A stretch of 63,199 bases of DNA, filler included, from Octopus bimaculoides (lineage: Eukaryota): NCBI RefSeq assembly GCF_001194135.2. It is 6 parts of 6 records of this genome, joined end to end, with 100 filler letters (N's around TTAATTAATTAA, not from the genome) between each part and the next. Parts side by side here need not be neighbours in the genome. Positions count along the whole stretch, not along the records: positions 28,792 to 43,018 come from NC_068986.1; positions 43,119 to 45,621 come from NC_068999.1; positions 45,722 to 60,468 come from NC_068987.1; 3 more parts are not named here. One strand, written 5' to 3'. Both the position numbers and the translations under genes were made by a program. The notes under the pieces are model-generated. The model did not search any database. It was not told the DNA's origin and saw only the letters and a program-made list of their open reading frames with translations. This document shows positions 38,340 through 49,928 of the stretch, one piece after another. The stretch's first letter is position 1, and every line of letters begins with the position of its first letter.

Positions 38340-39300
38340 AGTGTATAGGGTCACCAGGAGAGAATGCGCGCTGTTTCGGGGCCTACCACTGGGCCCCGCT
38401 TGCTAGTTCAACTGGTTATCAAATAAAGCTTAATAATCTTCCAGCCTTCGCTCATCGTCTCTTTTAAGCCAAATCCAGTGGCTAGCTTTCTTTACTGTAG
38501 TTTGGATATCGGTCATGTTGGTATTTACTTTACGATGTGTTAGGCCTAACGATAACAACATTCGCCTCACATTGTGTCCAACGAATCTTCTACATCCGAC
38601 TCCGATTGGAAAACACTCCGTTTTCCAGCCTGCGTCTTCACATTCCTCGAGGAGGTTAATATAACGGTCAATCTGCCATGAGGAACCGTTAACGCGACTA
38701 GATTCACCACTTTCTTTCACACCACATTTTAATATCCGGATTTTTCGTAACTTGGATGGGAAAGAATCCTTGGTACCATGGCAAATCTGTAGGCACCTCC
38801 CAATAGCTCTTCCACTTTTCATCGCTCACAGGAATTTTCCTTTTCTTCTTGAAACGGATCTGCTGTCCTGAGCGCACGAAGAAAATGAAATCTCTAGTTG
38901 GTTATTTCAATAGTTTTTTTTTCCACTATTGATGAGAGCATTGATGATACTCTTAAGGACCAGGTTGTGTCTCCATGTATATATATTCAATGTCAGTGAA
39001 CAATTGGAAAGAATATGGTTCAGCGTTCCGACCTTTCCCCATTCTCTGAGGAAATCTTACTAGATCTGTAGGTGATGGCAAGATATCATAGGATGAACGA
39101 ATCAGAACACTTAGCGGAGGTGTAGTACACCTCCATATCTCATTCCAACTTATTTTTATCTCAACAACATGTCCCCTCCCCATCTCATCATATGTCCTTA
39201 TTGAGTGCATTGGATCAAATGAAGATCTCTTCTCCCCGTTTTCCTTGTTATGACGGTGTTGCTAACAACAGATCTGCGATCGTTCCGCATCATACTTGCA
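38340..39300 (-). mobile_element. HERO-like (restriction-like endonuclease) non-LTR retrotransposon, 3' fragment
   Basis: ISWNEIW..LSVLIRSSYDILPSP; TLNHILSNC...YTWRHNLVL; RY.NLLEECEDAGWKTECFPIGVGCRRFVG...LLSLG...KASHWIWLKR (ORFs 38953..39210 and 38430..38822). Frameshifted. Confidence 0.8.
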
Positions 39301-39364
39301 AACGGTCTGAATCGACCTGCATTTTGCTCGGCGTGTTAAATTTTCTGCCAGCTCGCTGGCTTAT

Positions 39365-39800
39365 CTTTTCTATTTTAAGCACAAGGCTCGAAATTTGCTT
39401 TGTAGGGTGGGGGTGCAGTCGATTAGATCGACCCTAGTACGCAACTGGTATTTAATTTATTGACCCCGAAAGGATGAAAGGCAAAGTCGACCTCGGTGGA
39501 ATTTCAACTTAGAACGTAAAGACAGACGAAATAGCGCTAAGCATTTCGCCTAGTGTGCTAATGTTTCTTACTTCTTCATTGCCCACAAGAGACTAAACAC
39601 AGAGGGAACAAACAAGGACAGGCAAAGGGATTAAGTCTATTACATCGACCACAGTGCATAACTGGTACTTAATTTATCGACTCCGAAAGGGTGAAAAACA
39701 AAGTCGCCCTTGGCGGAATTTGAACTCAGAACGTAACGGCAGATAAAAAAACCACTAAGCATTTCACCCAGCGTGCTAACGTTTCTGCCAGCTCACCGCC
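39365..39800 (-). mobile_element. Dimeric SINE family A
   Basis: Two family-A bodies joined at gtgctaatgtttct|tacttcttcattgcccac, the same junction as at 16.3 kb. Confidence 0.88.
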
Positions 39801-40329
39801 TTGCCCAATCTTCAGATATGTACAACTACAAAATATATGACACACATCTGGAGTAGAAAGAACATTTAAGGCATTATTATGATTTTCAATATTTCTTTGT
39901 AACTGTGCGAATAATATAATTTAAGAGAAGGAGAGAGAGAGAGAGAGAGAGAGATAGAGAGAGAGAGAGACGCGCACACAGAAGAGAGATACAGAGAGTG
40001 AGTAAGTGAGTGAGTGAGTGAGATGGAGACAGATAATGTTGTGAGTTAGTATGCGTGGATTTGTATGTGTAGATATGCAGGGGGACTGAAGAACAAGCAT
40101 ATCAAATTATGTATGTGCAAGTGAAAATATGAATACAGAGGTGTGTGAGTATTTATTCATATGCATACCTATATGAGTATTTAAGTTGGTAAAAATGTGC
40201 GCATACAAGTATGTATAATTATGAGTGACAGTGTCAGTATTTTTGTATGTATAAAATAATCCTCACAATCGACGTGTACTTGTGTAAGTATATATGTGTG
40301 TGTAACTGAATGCAATTGATTTCTTTACT

Positions 40330-40830
40330 GGACGAATTCATCTAAGATGTTGGACTCAGCAAAAACCTATTCTTTGATGTTCAGTCAATAAGCCTGCTGG
40401 AGGAGCAACAAGTCATATCTGTGACGGTCTCGGAATACATGATTGTTAAAGATAGATATCTAACCAATTTATCTATGGAAGTTGGCACAACGGGATACAT
40501 AACTGCGCTGATAAACACAATTATGAAGATAAAATTGAGGTATTTTGCCAAATCCTTCTACTCCTACTTAAATAATTTTACTCCTTTTCTACCTAAATTC
40601 AATGAAAGTGAACCGTCCATTTCAGAATTATGTGATGCTACTTTTAGGTGAGAGTGCTAAATCGAAATCGATCAGCGCTTTACTTTTTGCAGAGATCTTA
40701 GGAGACAATTCCACTATGCGTTGTGATAGAAAACTTTCACAGAGAATTAAAATAAATCAGTACTTGATTTTAATGGATATTGATGAAACAATAGTAAAGA
40801 ATGCATTAAAAGGAGTTTGCTAACTCCATT
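40330..40830 (+). mobile_element. Possible second Merlin-like relic
   Basis: LMDIDETIVK motif in ORF 40602..40823, similar to IEIDETIVR at 33.5 kb. Confidence 0.27.
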
Positions 40831-41134
40831 CTAAAATATCGATTTTTTTTTAATACTCAACGGATATTTTGTGGATTTTCAGACGAGTGAATCCGAAAAA
40901 CATTCAGAACGTTTAGGTAATGCTTAAAACAGCCTTCAGTAGAAGCGCTTCATATAGTAACTGCTTGGATTATATATCCCACTTCACTTACTACACACAC
41001 ACACACACACACACACTTACATATAGTGTCTTTATGTATATATGTGCCAATCAGTGTTTCTTCAGTTGGTGTAAGTCGTATATCTCGTATTATTTTATGG
41101 AACATGAAACCTATTCACATCAGTGCCATAATAT

Positions 41135-41210
41135 TCACTGGGGTCGATTTGCTCGACTAAAGGCGGTGCTCCAGCATGGCCACAGTCAAATGACTAAAAC
41201 AAGTAACAGA
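41135..41210 (+). mobile_element. SINE family B 3' tail
   Basis: ctggggtcgatttgctcgactaaaggcggtgctccagcatggccacagtc. Confidence 0.85.
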
Positions 41211-41437
41211 GAGTATGTCTCCGTATAGCTTAGAAGATATGGTTATAACTTGTGTATGTGGTATAGTCAAAAACTGTATCTCAAGACAAGTGTTTATCCT
41301 TAAAGCGAATACAACATAACAGAACGCTAAAACGCAAAATGCAACCTAACGTACCTTTCTATACTATACAGACTCATCTACATGAAACCATACATGAAGT
41401 TGACTATGTGTGCTAGTGGGATGGTTTGTATACATGA

Positions 41438-41499
<62 letters not shown>

Positions 41500-42324
41500 A
41501 TGTTTCTTTATAGCTTATCCTTGTCTCTCTGTCTTTCTCTTTCTCTCTCTATGAATATATNNNNNNNNNNNNNNNNNNNNNNNNNNNNNNNNNNNNNNNN
41601 NNNNNNNNNNNNNNNNNNNNNNNNNNNNNNNNNNNNNNNNNNNNNNNNNNNNNNNNNNNNNNNNNNNNNNNNNNNNNNNNNNNNNNNNNNNNNNNNNNNN
41701 NNNNNNNNNNNNNNNNNNNNNNNNNNNNNNNNNNNNNNNNNNNNNNNNNNNNNNNNNNNNNNNNNNNNNNNNNNNNNNNNNNNNNNNNNNNNNNNNNNNN
41801 NNNNNNNNNNNNNNNNNNNNNNNNNNNNNNNNNNNNNNNNNNNNNNNNNNNNNNNNNNNNNNNNNNNNNNNNNNNNNNNNNNNNNNNNNNNNNNNNNNNN
41901 NNNNNNNNNNNNNNNNNNNNNNNNNNNNNNNNNNNNNNNNNNNNNNNNNNNNNNNNNNNNNNNNNNNNNNNNNNNNNNNNNNNNNNNNNNNNNNNNNNNN
42001 NNNNNNNNNNNNNNNNNNNNNNNNNNNNNNNNNNNNNNNNNNNNNNNNNNNNNNNNNNNNNNNNNNNNNNNNNNNNNNNNNNNNNNNNNNNNNNNNNNNN
42101 NNNNNNNNNNNNNNNNNNNNNNNNNNNNNNNNNNNNNNNNNNNNNNNNNNNNNNNNNNNNNNNNNNNNNNNNNNNNNNNNNNNNNNNNNNNNNNNNNNNN
42201 NNNNNNNNNNNNNNNNNNNNNNNNNNNNNNNNNNNNNNNNNNNNNNNNNNNNNNNNNNNNNNNNNNNNNNNNNNNNNNNNNNNNNNNNNNNNNNNNNNNN
42301 NNNNNNNNNNNNNNNNNNNNNNNN

Positions 42325-42587
42325 TGCGATCCGGACAGAATATCAGCGCAGTAAATACACTGATAAAATTATATTTATATAAATAAGGATAAGATCGATA
42401 TTTAAAATATTGATCTTATCAAGTGGTCAGCATGGGAATAATTTTAAATAATTATTACCTTTGATGGTTTTTATTCCCATGCTGACCACTTGATAAGATC
42501 AATATTTTAAATATCGATCTTATCCTTATTTATATAAATATAATTTTATCAGTGTATTTACTGCGCTGATATTCTGTCCGGATCGCA
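42325..42587. repeat. Perfect inverted repeat, 117-bp arms, 29-nt spacer
   Basis: 42325-42441 is the exact reverse complement of 42471-42587. Confidence 0.95.
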
Positions 42588-43009
42588 CGAAAGGTTGTTT
42601 AGGCGGGCTATCTAAGCTAGTCGTGTGCATACGTGAATGTATATGTGCGTCCGTATATGTAAGTATACTGTTTATATACATGTATTTGTATTTATGTACT
42701 GGAGTATATTCCACTGATGAAGGCAGAGCATTATTATTTATGCAAAGCCAGAAATCCAGGATTTGGAATTATCTTATTTTTTACTGGTTCATTTGGTCTT
42801 CTTCTTCGCTAATCGTGCCATGCGGATATTTATTGTGGTTTTAGAGTCAGGATTTGACTGCAATTTTTTCAGCGTGGTGGTGGTATCTCTTGATACCCTG
42901 TATTATAATTTTAAATAATTATTACCTTTGATGGTTTTTATTCCCATGCTGACCACATGATAAGATCAATATTTTAAATATCGATCTTATCCTTATTTAT
43001 ATAAATATA
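42438..43009 (+). repeat. Direct repeat of 105 bp at 467-bp period
   Basis: 42438-42542 equals 42905-43009 except one base (42490 t / 42957 a). Confidence 0.92.
42708..42769 (+). ncRNA. Type I hammerhead ribozyme motif (Penelope/retrozyme type)
   Basis: AUUCCA-CUGAUGA-A-GGC(aga GCAU..AUGC aaa)GCC-A-GAAA-UCC-A-GGA-U-U-UGGAAU. Helix I has 6 perfect pairs, helix III is near-palindromic (AUCCAGGAU), and the predicted AUU cleavage is after 42763. Confidence 0.7.
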
Positions 43010-43118
43010 TATATATATNNNNNNNNNNNNNNNNNNNNNNNNNNNNNNNNNNNNNNNNNNNNTTAATTAATTAANNNNNNNNNNNNNNNNNNNNNNNNNN
43101 NNNNNNNNNNNNNNNNNN

Positions 43119-43195
<77 letters not shown>

Positions 43196-43354
43196 CAACA
43201 GGCGCACACATTTAGAGATATATAGAAAAGCCGCAAATGTCTAAGTATGCATACACACACTCACACACATAAGACCAGGCGCGCACACATATACACAGAT
43301 ACATATATATACCTATACACACTCTCACGTAATCCTGCTTACCAAATACCAACG

Positions 43355-43500
43355 GTCATGACGATGGTCATGATGATGATGGTGATAACGATGATGATGA
43401 CAAAGACTGTGATGATGATGATGATGATGATGCTGATAGTGTTGACGACGAAGAATACTAAGTTGGTGATGTTGGATAGTTGGTGGTGGTCTTAGCGGTG
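43355..43500. repeat. Degenerate (GAT/GGT)n low-complexity tract
   Basis: Directly visible. Confidence 0.85.
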
Positions 43501-44961
43501 TGAGTGATGGGGATTGTATTTTGATCGACGAAACACCTTGCCACAACATAAGTGCCAACTTCAGAGATGTCTTTCTTTAATTATATGTCTCTTTTTTTTT
43601 TTTTTCATATTTCTCTGTTTTTCTTGTAAGTTATTATTTTCCTTTGATTTATGTCTTACCCCTACCCTACCACCACCCCCTTTTTTTTCTTTTTGGAATA
43701 CTTATAGTCGTGAGTTTAGTTGTCCTTCAGTTTACGATTTGACCTTAAAGGCTAAACCGCAATTTAACGTACGAAGCTTATCAGATCTCGTCAGACATCA
43801 ACCAAAATAAGAAACATGCAATTGCCACACTTGATGGTGTTTGGCGCCGTTTATCCGACCCCATCCCCATCCCAATACCTTTTCTTTATACAGCAGATCT
43901 TCTAACAGAAGCAACACCAACATCTCGAACAATAACAACAGCAACAATAACGGAAATAACAATGATAATAATACTACTAAAAATACTCAGCAACAGAGGG
44001 CGCAACGATTAGAATAACAAGTAGAGCGAAATCGTAGCTACCAAAATGGTTCTCTTGTCCGCTACTAAATTTGAAAAAATAGGAGCTGTTTTACCAATAT
44101 TAATTGTATGCATACTTATATATATATATATATATATATATNNNNNNNNNNNNNNNNNNNNNNNNNNNNNNNNNNNNNNNNNNNNNNNNNNNNNNNNNNN
44201 NNNNNNNNNNNNNNNNNNNNNNNNNNNNNNNNNNNNNNNNNNNNNNNNNNNNNNNNNNNNNNNNNNNNNNNNNNNNNNNNNNNNNNNNNNNNNNNNNNNN
44301 NNNNNNNNNNNNNNNNNNNNNNNNNNNNNNNNNNNNNNNNNNNNNNNNNNNNNNNNNNNNNNNNNNNNNNNNNNNNNNNNNNNNNNNNNNNNNNNNNNNN
44401 NNNNNNNNNNNNNNNNNNNNNNNNNNNNNNNNNNNNNNNNNNNNNNNNNNNNNNNNNNNNNNNNNNNNNNNNNNNNNNNNNNNNNNNNNNNNNNNNNNNN
44501 NNNNNNNNNNNNNNNNNNNNNNNNNNNNNNNNNNNNNNNNNNNNNNNNNNNNNNNNNNNNNNNNNNNNNNNNNNNNNNNNNNNNNNNNNNNNNNNNNNNN
44601 NNNNNNNNNNNNNNNNNNNNNNNNNNNNNNNNNNNNNNNNNNNNNNNNNNNNNNNNNNNNNNNNNNNNNNNNNNNNNNNNNNNNNNNNNNNNNNNNNNNN
44701 NNNNNNNNNNNNNNNNNNNNNNNNNNNNNNNNNNNNNNNNNNNNNNNNNNNNNNNNNNNNNNNNNNNNNNNNNNNNNNNNNNNNNNNNNNNNTATAATAT
44801 ATATATATATATATTATGTATATATAATATATATATATATATATATAAAATATATACATATATCTATATATATATATAATATATATTTGTGTGTATATAT
44901 AGATATAGTAGATATAAATATATACGTACATATACATACATGCACACACACAAACACACAG

Positions 44962-45004
<43 letters not shown>

Positions 45005-45567
45005 TATATACATCTATACAAGAGCGTGTATGTGAGCATATATATATATGTGCAGGTATGATTGTATGTGTCTGTGTTTGTATGAATGTATCAATGAATG
45101 CTGGAATGCTTATATATATGTGTGTGTGTATGTATGTATGTATGTATGTATGTAACGAACTATGTGATTGGATGTTCCCAGGAAGGAAAATATGAAAAAT
45201 GGGAAAAACCCAAACGTAAATGTTATTATGGAACCTAGACATTGAAACAACAATAAAAGTACAAGAAAATAATTGAAAAAGATTCGATCGCATATGGGCA
45301 AAAGAATATATTAAAATACATCGCAATTACTAGCAAGTTTCTCGTGTTAGCTTAACTGGAGTAGAAGAATGAGGAGAAAATGGCAGTTATGATGAGATGG
45401 ACAAAATTAACTTCCTTGTAGAAAATGTCTATGTATGTGTGCCGCTGTCTCTGTGTGTGTAAATGTATATAGGTATACATATATACGTATATCTATACCA
45501 ATATCTCTCTCTATATATATACATATACATAGATATATATATCCATACACACACACAGATATACATG

Positions 45568-45621
<54 letters not shown>

Positions 45622-45966
45622 NNNNNNNNNNNNNNNNNNNNNNNNNNNNNNNNNNNNNNNNNNNNTTAATTAATTAANNNNNNNNNNNNNNNNNNNNNNN
45701 NNNNNNNNNNNNNNNNNNNNNATATATATATATATATATATACAAACATGTATTTATAGGAACACACTTATATACACAGATATATTTGGACTATGTTAAA
45801 TGAAGAGAATATCGCTGCATCTTGTTTCTGCATGCATGTATATATGCGCGTATGTATATATATATATGCGTGTGTATGTATGTACGTATGTATGTATGTA
45901 GGTATGTCTATATATATATGTATGTGTGTATGTATATGTTTGTATGTTTGAATGTATGTCTGTATG

Positions 45967-46008
<42 letters not shown>

Positions 46009-46019
46009 TATTTTGTCGG

Positions 46020-46305
46020 CCCCGTAAAGATAAATGATAAAGTCACCTCAGCAGAATTTGAACTCAGAACGTAAATACGGACGAAATGCCACAAAGCATT
46101 TTATTCGGCATGCTAACGATTCCCCCGGTTCCCCACCCTAGTGAAACAATTAGCATTGATTTCAAGTTTGGGCACAAGGGCCAGCTATTTAGGAGCAGGG
46201 GTTAAATCGATTACATCGACTCCAGTGTCCTACTGGCACTAATTTTACCGACCCCGAAAGAATGAAAGGCAAAGTCGACCTCGGCGGAGTTTGAACTCAG
46301 AACCT
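46020..46305 (-). mobile_element. Two tandem SINE family A copies
   Basis: aaagtc(g)acctc.gc.gaatttgaactcagaac occurs twice. Confidence 0.85.
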
Positions 46306-46504
46306 GAAGAATAACAACAATAATCTTGACATTCATTGTACTTTATACATGAAGAAATATGGAGCAATTATCAAAATACTCCAATGACAGCTGATATTTT
46401 CAGCGATTTCCTATGAAGCCAGTCACCTTTACAAGTTTTTTCAGTCGAATTACAAATTTACTTTGATGTCGTCACCATTATTTTTTTATGCTAACGGCTA
46501 AGGG

Positions 46505-46610
46505 GTTAAGAAACACGGTTTGCAGCTAAGCGGTTTCGGGTTCAGTCCTACTATAAGGCATCTTGGACAAGTGTCTTCCACAATAGTATCAGGTCGACCA
46601 GATGGTCGTC
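46505..46610 (+). mobile_element. SINE family B 5' fragment
   Basis: gggttcagtcc...catcttggacaagtgtcttc. Confidence 0.65.
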
Positions 46611-47483
46611 GTGTGTGTGTGTGTGTGTGTGTGTGTGAGTATATATATATATGTAGTGAAGAATATATATTCCGTATCAAGTATTGAAATGGTTGCGTGT
46701 ATAGTATTAGAAGAATTCTTACGAAGAAGAAGAAGAAATTTAAGAACTATATATTTACTACATAAAAATGTATTTTATTCATTGGTTGTTGATGAAATAT
46801 AATCAAAATGTAGAATCTAGTTGAATGAAGCAATCTATGCAAGGAAGTTCAGAAATGTAGAAATAACAGCTAAGTAGTAGTTTTCAGTTATGTGGCATAG
46901 AGAAATGGACAGGCATAGCAACGACGTGCCCCAGCATGGCCGCTCCCCAGTGACAGAAGAAAAGAAAATTTTTAGATGCTTCAAGATTTCGGTCTTACAC
47001 GCTTCAGATAATCTAATCCGTTAAATTCTAGCAAACCTTGAACTATTCCCGAAACATGACATGTCTAACACTGGATTAATTAACATTCAATGCTACTGTT
47101 TGAATAAAATGAATCTATTATGATTGTATTTGTTATTCATAGCAAATTATGTCGATCTTTTGGATTCGATTTGAATTTAGGGCAACGGTAACTGAACACA
47201 AATTCACAAACACACGCGAATGCGCACGCATGCGCTATACAAATGGAGGATCCGTCTTTAGCGTGTATGCAACCATATAGAAACTGAGAGTTCATAACAG
47301 TGAAAATGCAGCAACTTATCCGCTGCCAAAATCCAACAGAAACAGTCAATCACATATACACTAAAGTACACACACACACACACACACACATACACACACA
47401 TGTACGTATGTATGTATATGTATGTGTGTGTCACACCCTCCTTCTCTGTATCTACATACATACAGGGATGCGCACACAGACAC

Positions 47484-47521
<38 letters not shown>

Positions 47522-47998
47522 TACACGCACGTACACAAACACGCACACACACACGCACAGACACACGTCCACACACACGCACGCACCAACATGTCTATAC
47601 TAACCTACGAAGGTTTCACCTCAACTTAACAATACTCCCACGCACGCATATCCACACACACACACATATATATATACATTCACTTACTGAAACACACACC
47701 TAGGTGTCTACACCTACACACACCTGCACATGCAACCTGTTTCCTAATAATAGAATTCACCTCACCGGCCCCTTTCTGCTGATTTTGGTTTTCTCGTTTT
47801 TTACCGAGTTTTTTTTNNNNNNNNNNNNNNNNNNNNNNNNNNNNNNNNNNNNNNNNNNNNNNNNNNNNNNNNNNNNNNNNNNNNNNNNNNNNNNNNNNNN
47901 NNNNNNNNNNNNNNNNNNNNNNNNTTCTTTATTTTTTCTTTATTTTTTTTCTTTATTTTAATTTCCTGTCAAAGTGGAAACTACTTTGATCTCTTTAC

Positions 47999-48044
47999 AA
48001 ATATTTCAACAGGTGTGTCTCCAGTTGGTGCCGCATCTGCTACT
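47999..48044 (-). CDS. Candidate coding exon (VADAAPTGDTPVEIF; phase 2 to 0)
   Basis: Acceptor catcttcatcaactgcag, donor TTT|gtaaag. Confidence 0.25.
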
Positions 48045-48051
48045 CTGCAGT

Positions 48052-48063
48052 TGATGAAGATGT

Positions 48064-48124
<61 letters not shown>

Positions 48125-48360
48125 AGTGGTGGTGGTGGTGGTGTTGATGACGATGACGATGATGATGGTGGAGGTGGCGGTGGTGGTGATTGTGATGACA
48201 ACGACGGTAATTATAATGGCGATGACGATGACGATGATAATGATGATGATGATGATGAAGACGATGATGATGATAATGGTGATATTGATGATAATGGTGA
48301 TGGTAACGATGATTTTAATGATGATAATGATGATGATGGTGGTGATGGAATCATGATGAT
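48052..48360. repeat. (GAT)n/(GGT)n/(AAT)n cryptic trinucleotide tract
   Basis: Directly visible; gives the poly-Met, poly-Ile and poly-Ser ORF-track entries. Confidence 0.9.
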
Positions 48361-48584
48361 GCCGTTGCAATTACTAATATTTCTGTTGCGAATGCTGTTG
48401 TTACCGTTACTATTGCAACAAGTATTGCTGTTCCGCTCCCCACCCACCAACTACGATTTCGCTTTTTGACTGAAACCCATATGACAGGTACTTGCTCTGT
48501 TAGAAATTTCCTAAGATTTAACGGCAAGAAATGGTCCCAAGACACTGAAGGACGATACTTAACCTGTTTTAGTGACGTAGAAAT

Positions 48585-48712
48585 TCCCCACCTGGACGGG
48601 ACGCCAATCCGTCGTAGGATTACTCACTTTTGCCAGCTGAATGTTTTGCTCAAGAACACAACGCGTCGCCCGGTGCTGGAAGCGAAACCACAATCTTACG
48701 ATCAGTTTATCT
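48585..48712 (-). mobile_element. SINE fragment with family C-like head
   Basis: ttgccagctga...ttgctcaagaacacaac...gaaaccacaatcttacgatc. Confidence 0.55.
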
Positions 48713-49665
48713 TACGATCAGTTTTTTGTGGATAACATAAATGAGTTTCCTTTGGCTTCGTTTACATCACTGCAACTTAGCTGTTCGGTAAAAGAGACCG
48801 ATACAATAAGTACCAGAGTTAAGAAGAAATAAGTGCTAAAGTTTCTTCAAGAAATAAGTATTAAAGATAAAAATCAAATTTTTATATATAAAATATAAAA
48901 TATTGAGGTGGAAATAGTACAGAGGTAAATCAAAGACANNNNNNNNNNNNNNNNNNNNNNNNNNNNNNNNNNNNNNNNNNNNNNNNNNNNNNNNNNNNNN
49001 NNNNNNNNNNNNNNNNNNNNNNNNNNNNNNNNNNNNNNNNNNNNNNNNNNNNNNNNNNNNNNNNNNNNNNNNNNNNNNNNNNNNNNNNNNNNNNNNNNNN
49101 NNNNNNNNNNNNNNNNNNNNNNNNNNNNNNNNNNNNNNNNNNNNNNNNNNNNNNNNNNNNNNNNNNNNNNNNNNNNNNNNNNNNNNNNNNNNNNNNNNNN
49201 NNNNNNNNNNNNNNNNNNNNNNNNNNNNNNNNNNNNNNNNNNNNNNNNNNNNNNNNNNNNNNNNNNNNNNNNNNNNNNNNNNNNNNNNNNNNNNNNNNNN
49301 NNNNNNNNNNNNNNNNNNNNNNNNNNNNNNNNNNNNNNNNNNNNNNNNNNNNNNNNNNNNNNNNNNNNNNNNNNNNNNNNNNNNNNNNNNNNNNNNNNNN
49401 NNNNNNNNNNNNNNNNNNNNNNNNNNNNNNNNNNNNNNNNNNNNNNNNNNNNNNNNNNNNNNNNNNNNNNNNNNNNNNNNNNNNNNNNNNNNNNNNNNNN
49501 NNNNNNNNNNNNNNNNNNNNNNNNNNNNNNNNNNNNNNNNNNNNNNNNNNNNNNNNNNNNNNNNNNNNNNNNNNNNNNNNNNNNNNNNNNNNNNNNNNNN
49601 NNNNNNNNNNNNNNNNNNNNNNNNNNNNNNNNNNNNNNNNNNNNNNNNCGGTGAAGCAGAATCGC

Positions 49666-49876
49666 TTTATTCTTTTATTCTTTTATTTGTTTCACTCACT
49701 TTGACTGCGGCCACGCTGGAGCACCACTTTTTAGTCGAACAAATCGACCCCAGGACTTACTCTTTGTAAGCCTAGTACTTATTCTATTGTTCTCTTTTGC
49801 TGAACCTTTAGGTTACGGGGACGAAAAGACACCAGCATCGGTTGTCAATCGACGGTGTGGGGGGACAAACACAGAC
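49666..49876 (-). mobile_element. SINE family B, 3' half
   Basis: ttgactgcggccacgctggagcacc...gacttactctttgtaagcctagtacttattctat. Confidence 0.9.
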
Positions 49877-49881
49877 ACACC

Positions 49882-49928
<47 letters not shown>

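Noticed and set aside
38365-38400. GGGGCC/GGCCCC hairpin plus GAAAC as a hammerhead
   Set aside because: No CUGANGA upstream; better explained as the HERO-like 3' UTR.
47981-48450. Poly-Ile, poly-Met and poly-Ser ORFs
   Set aside because: Alternative frames of a (GAT)n tract.
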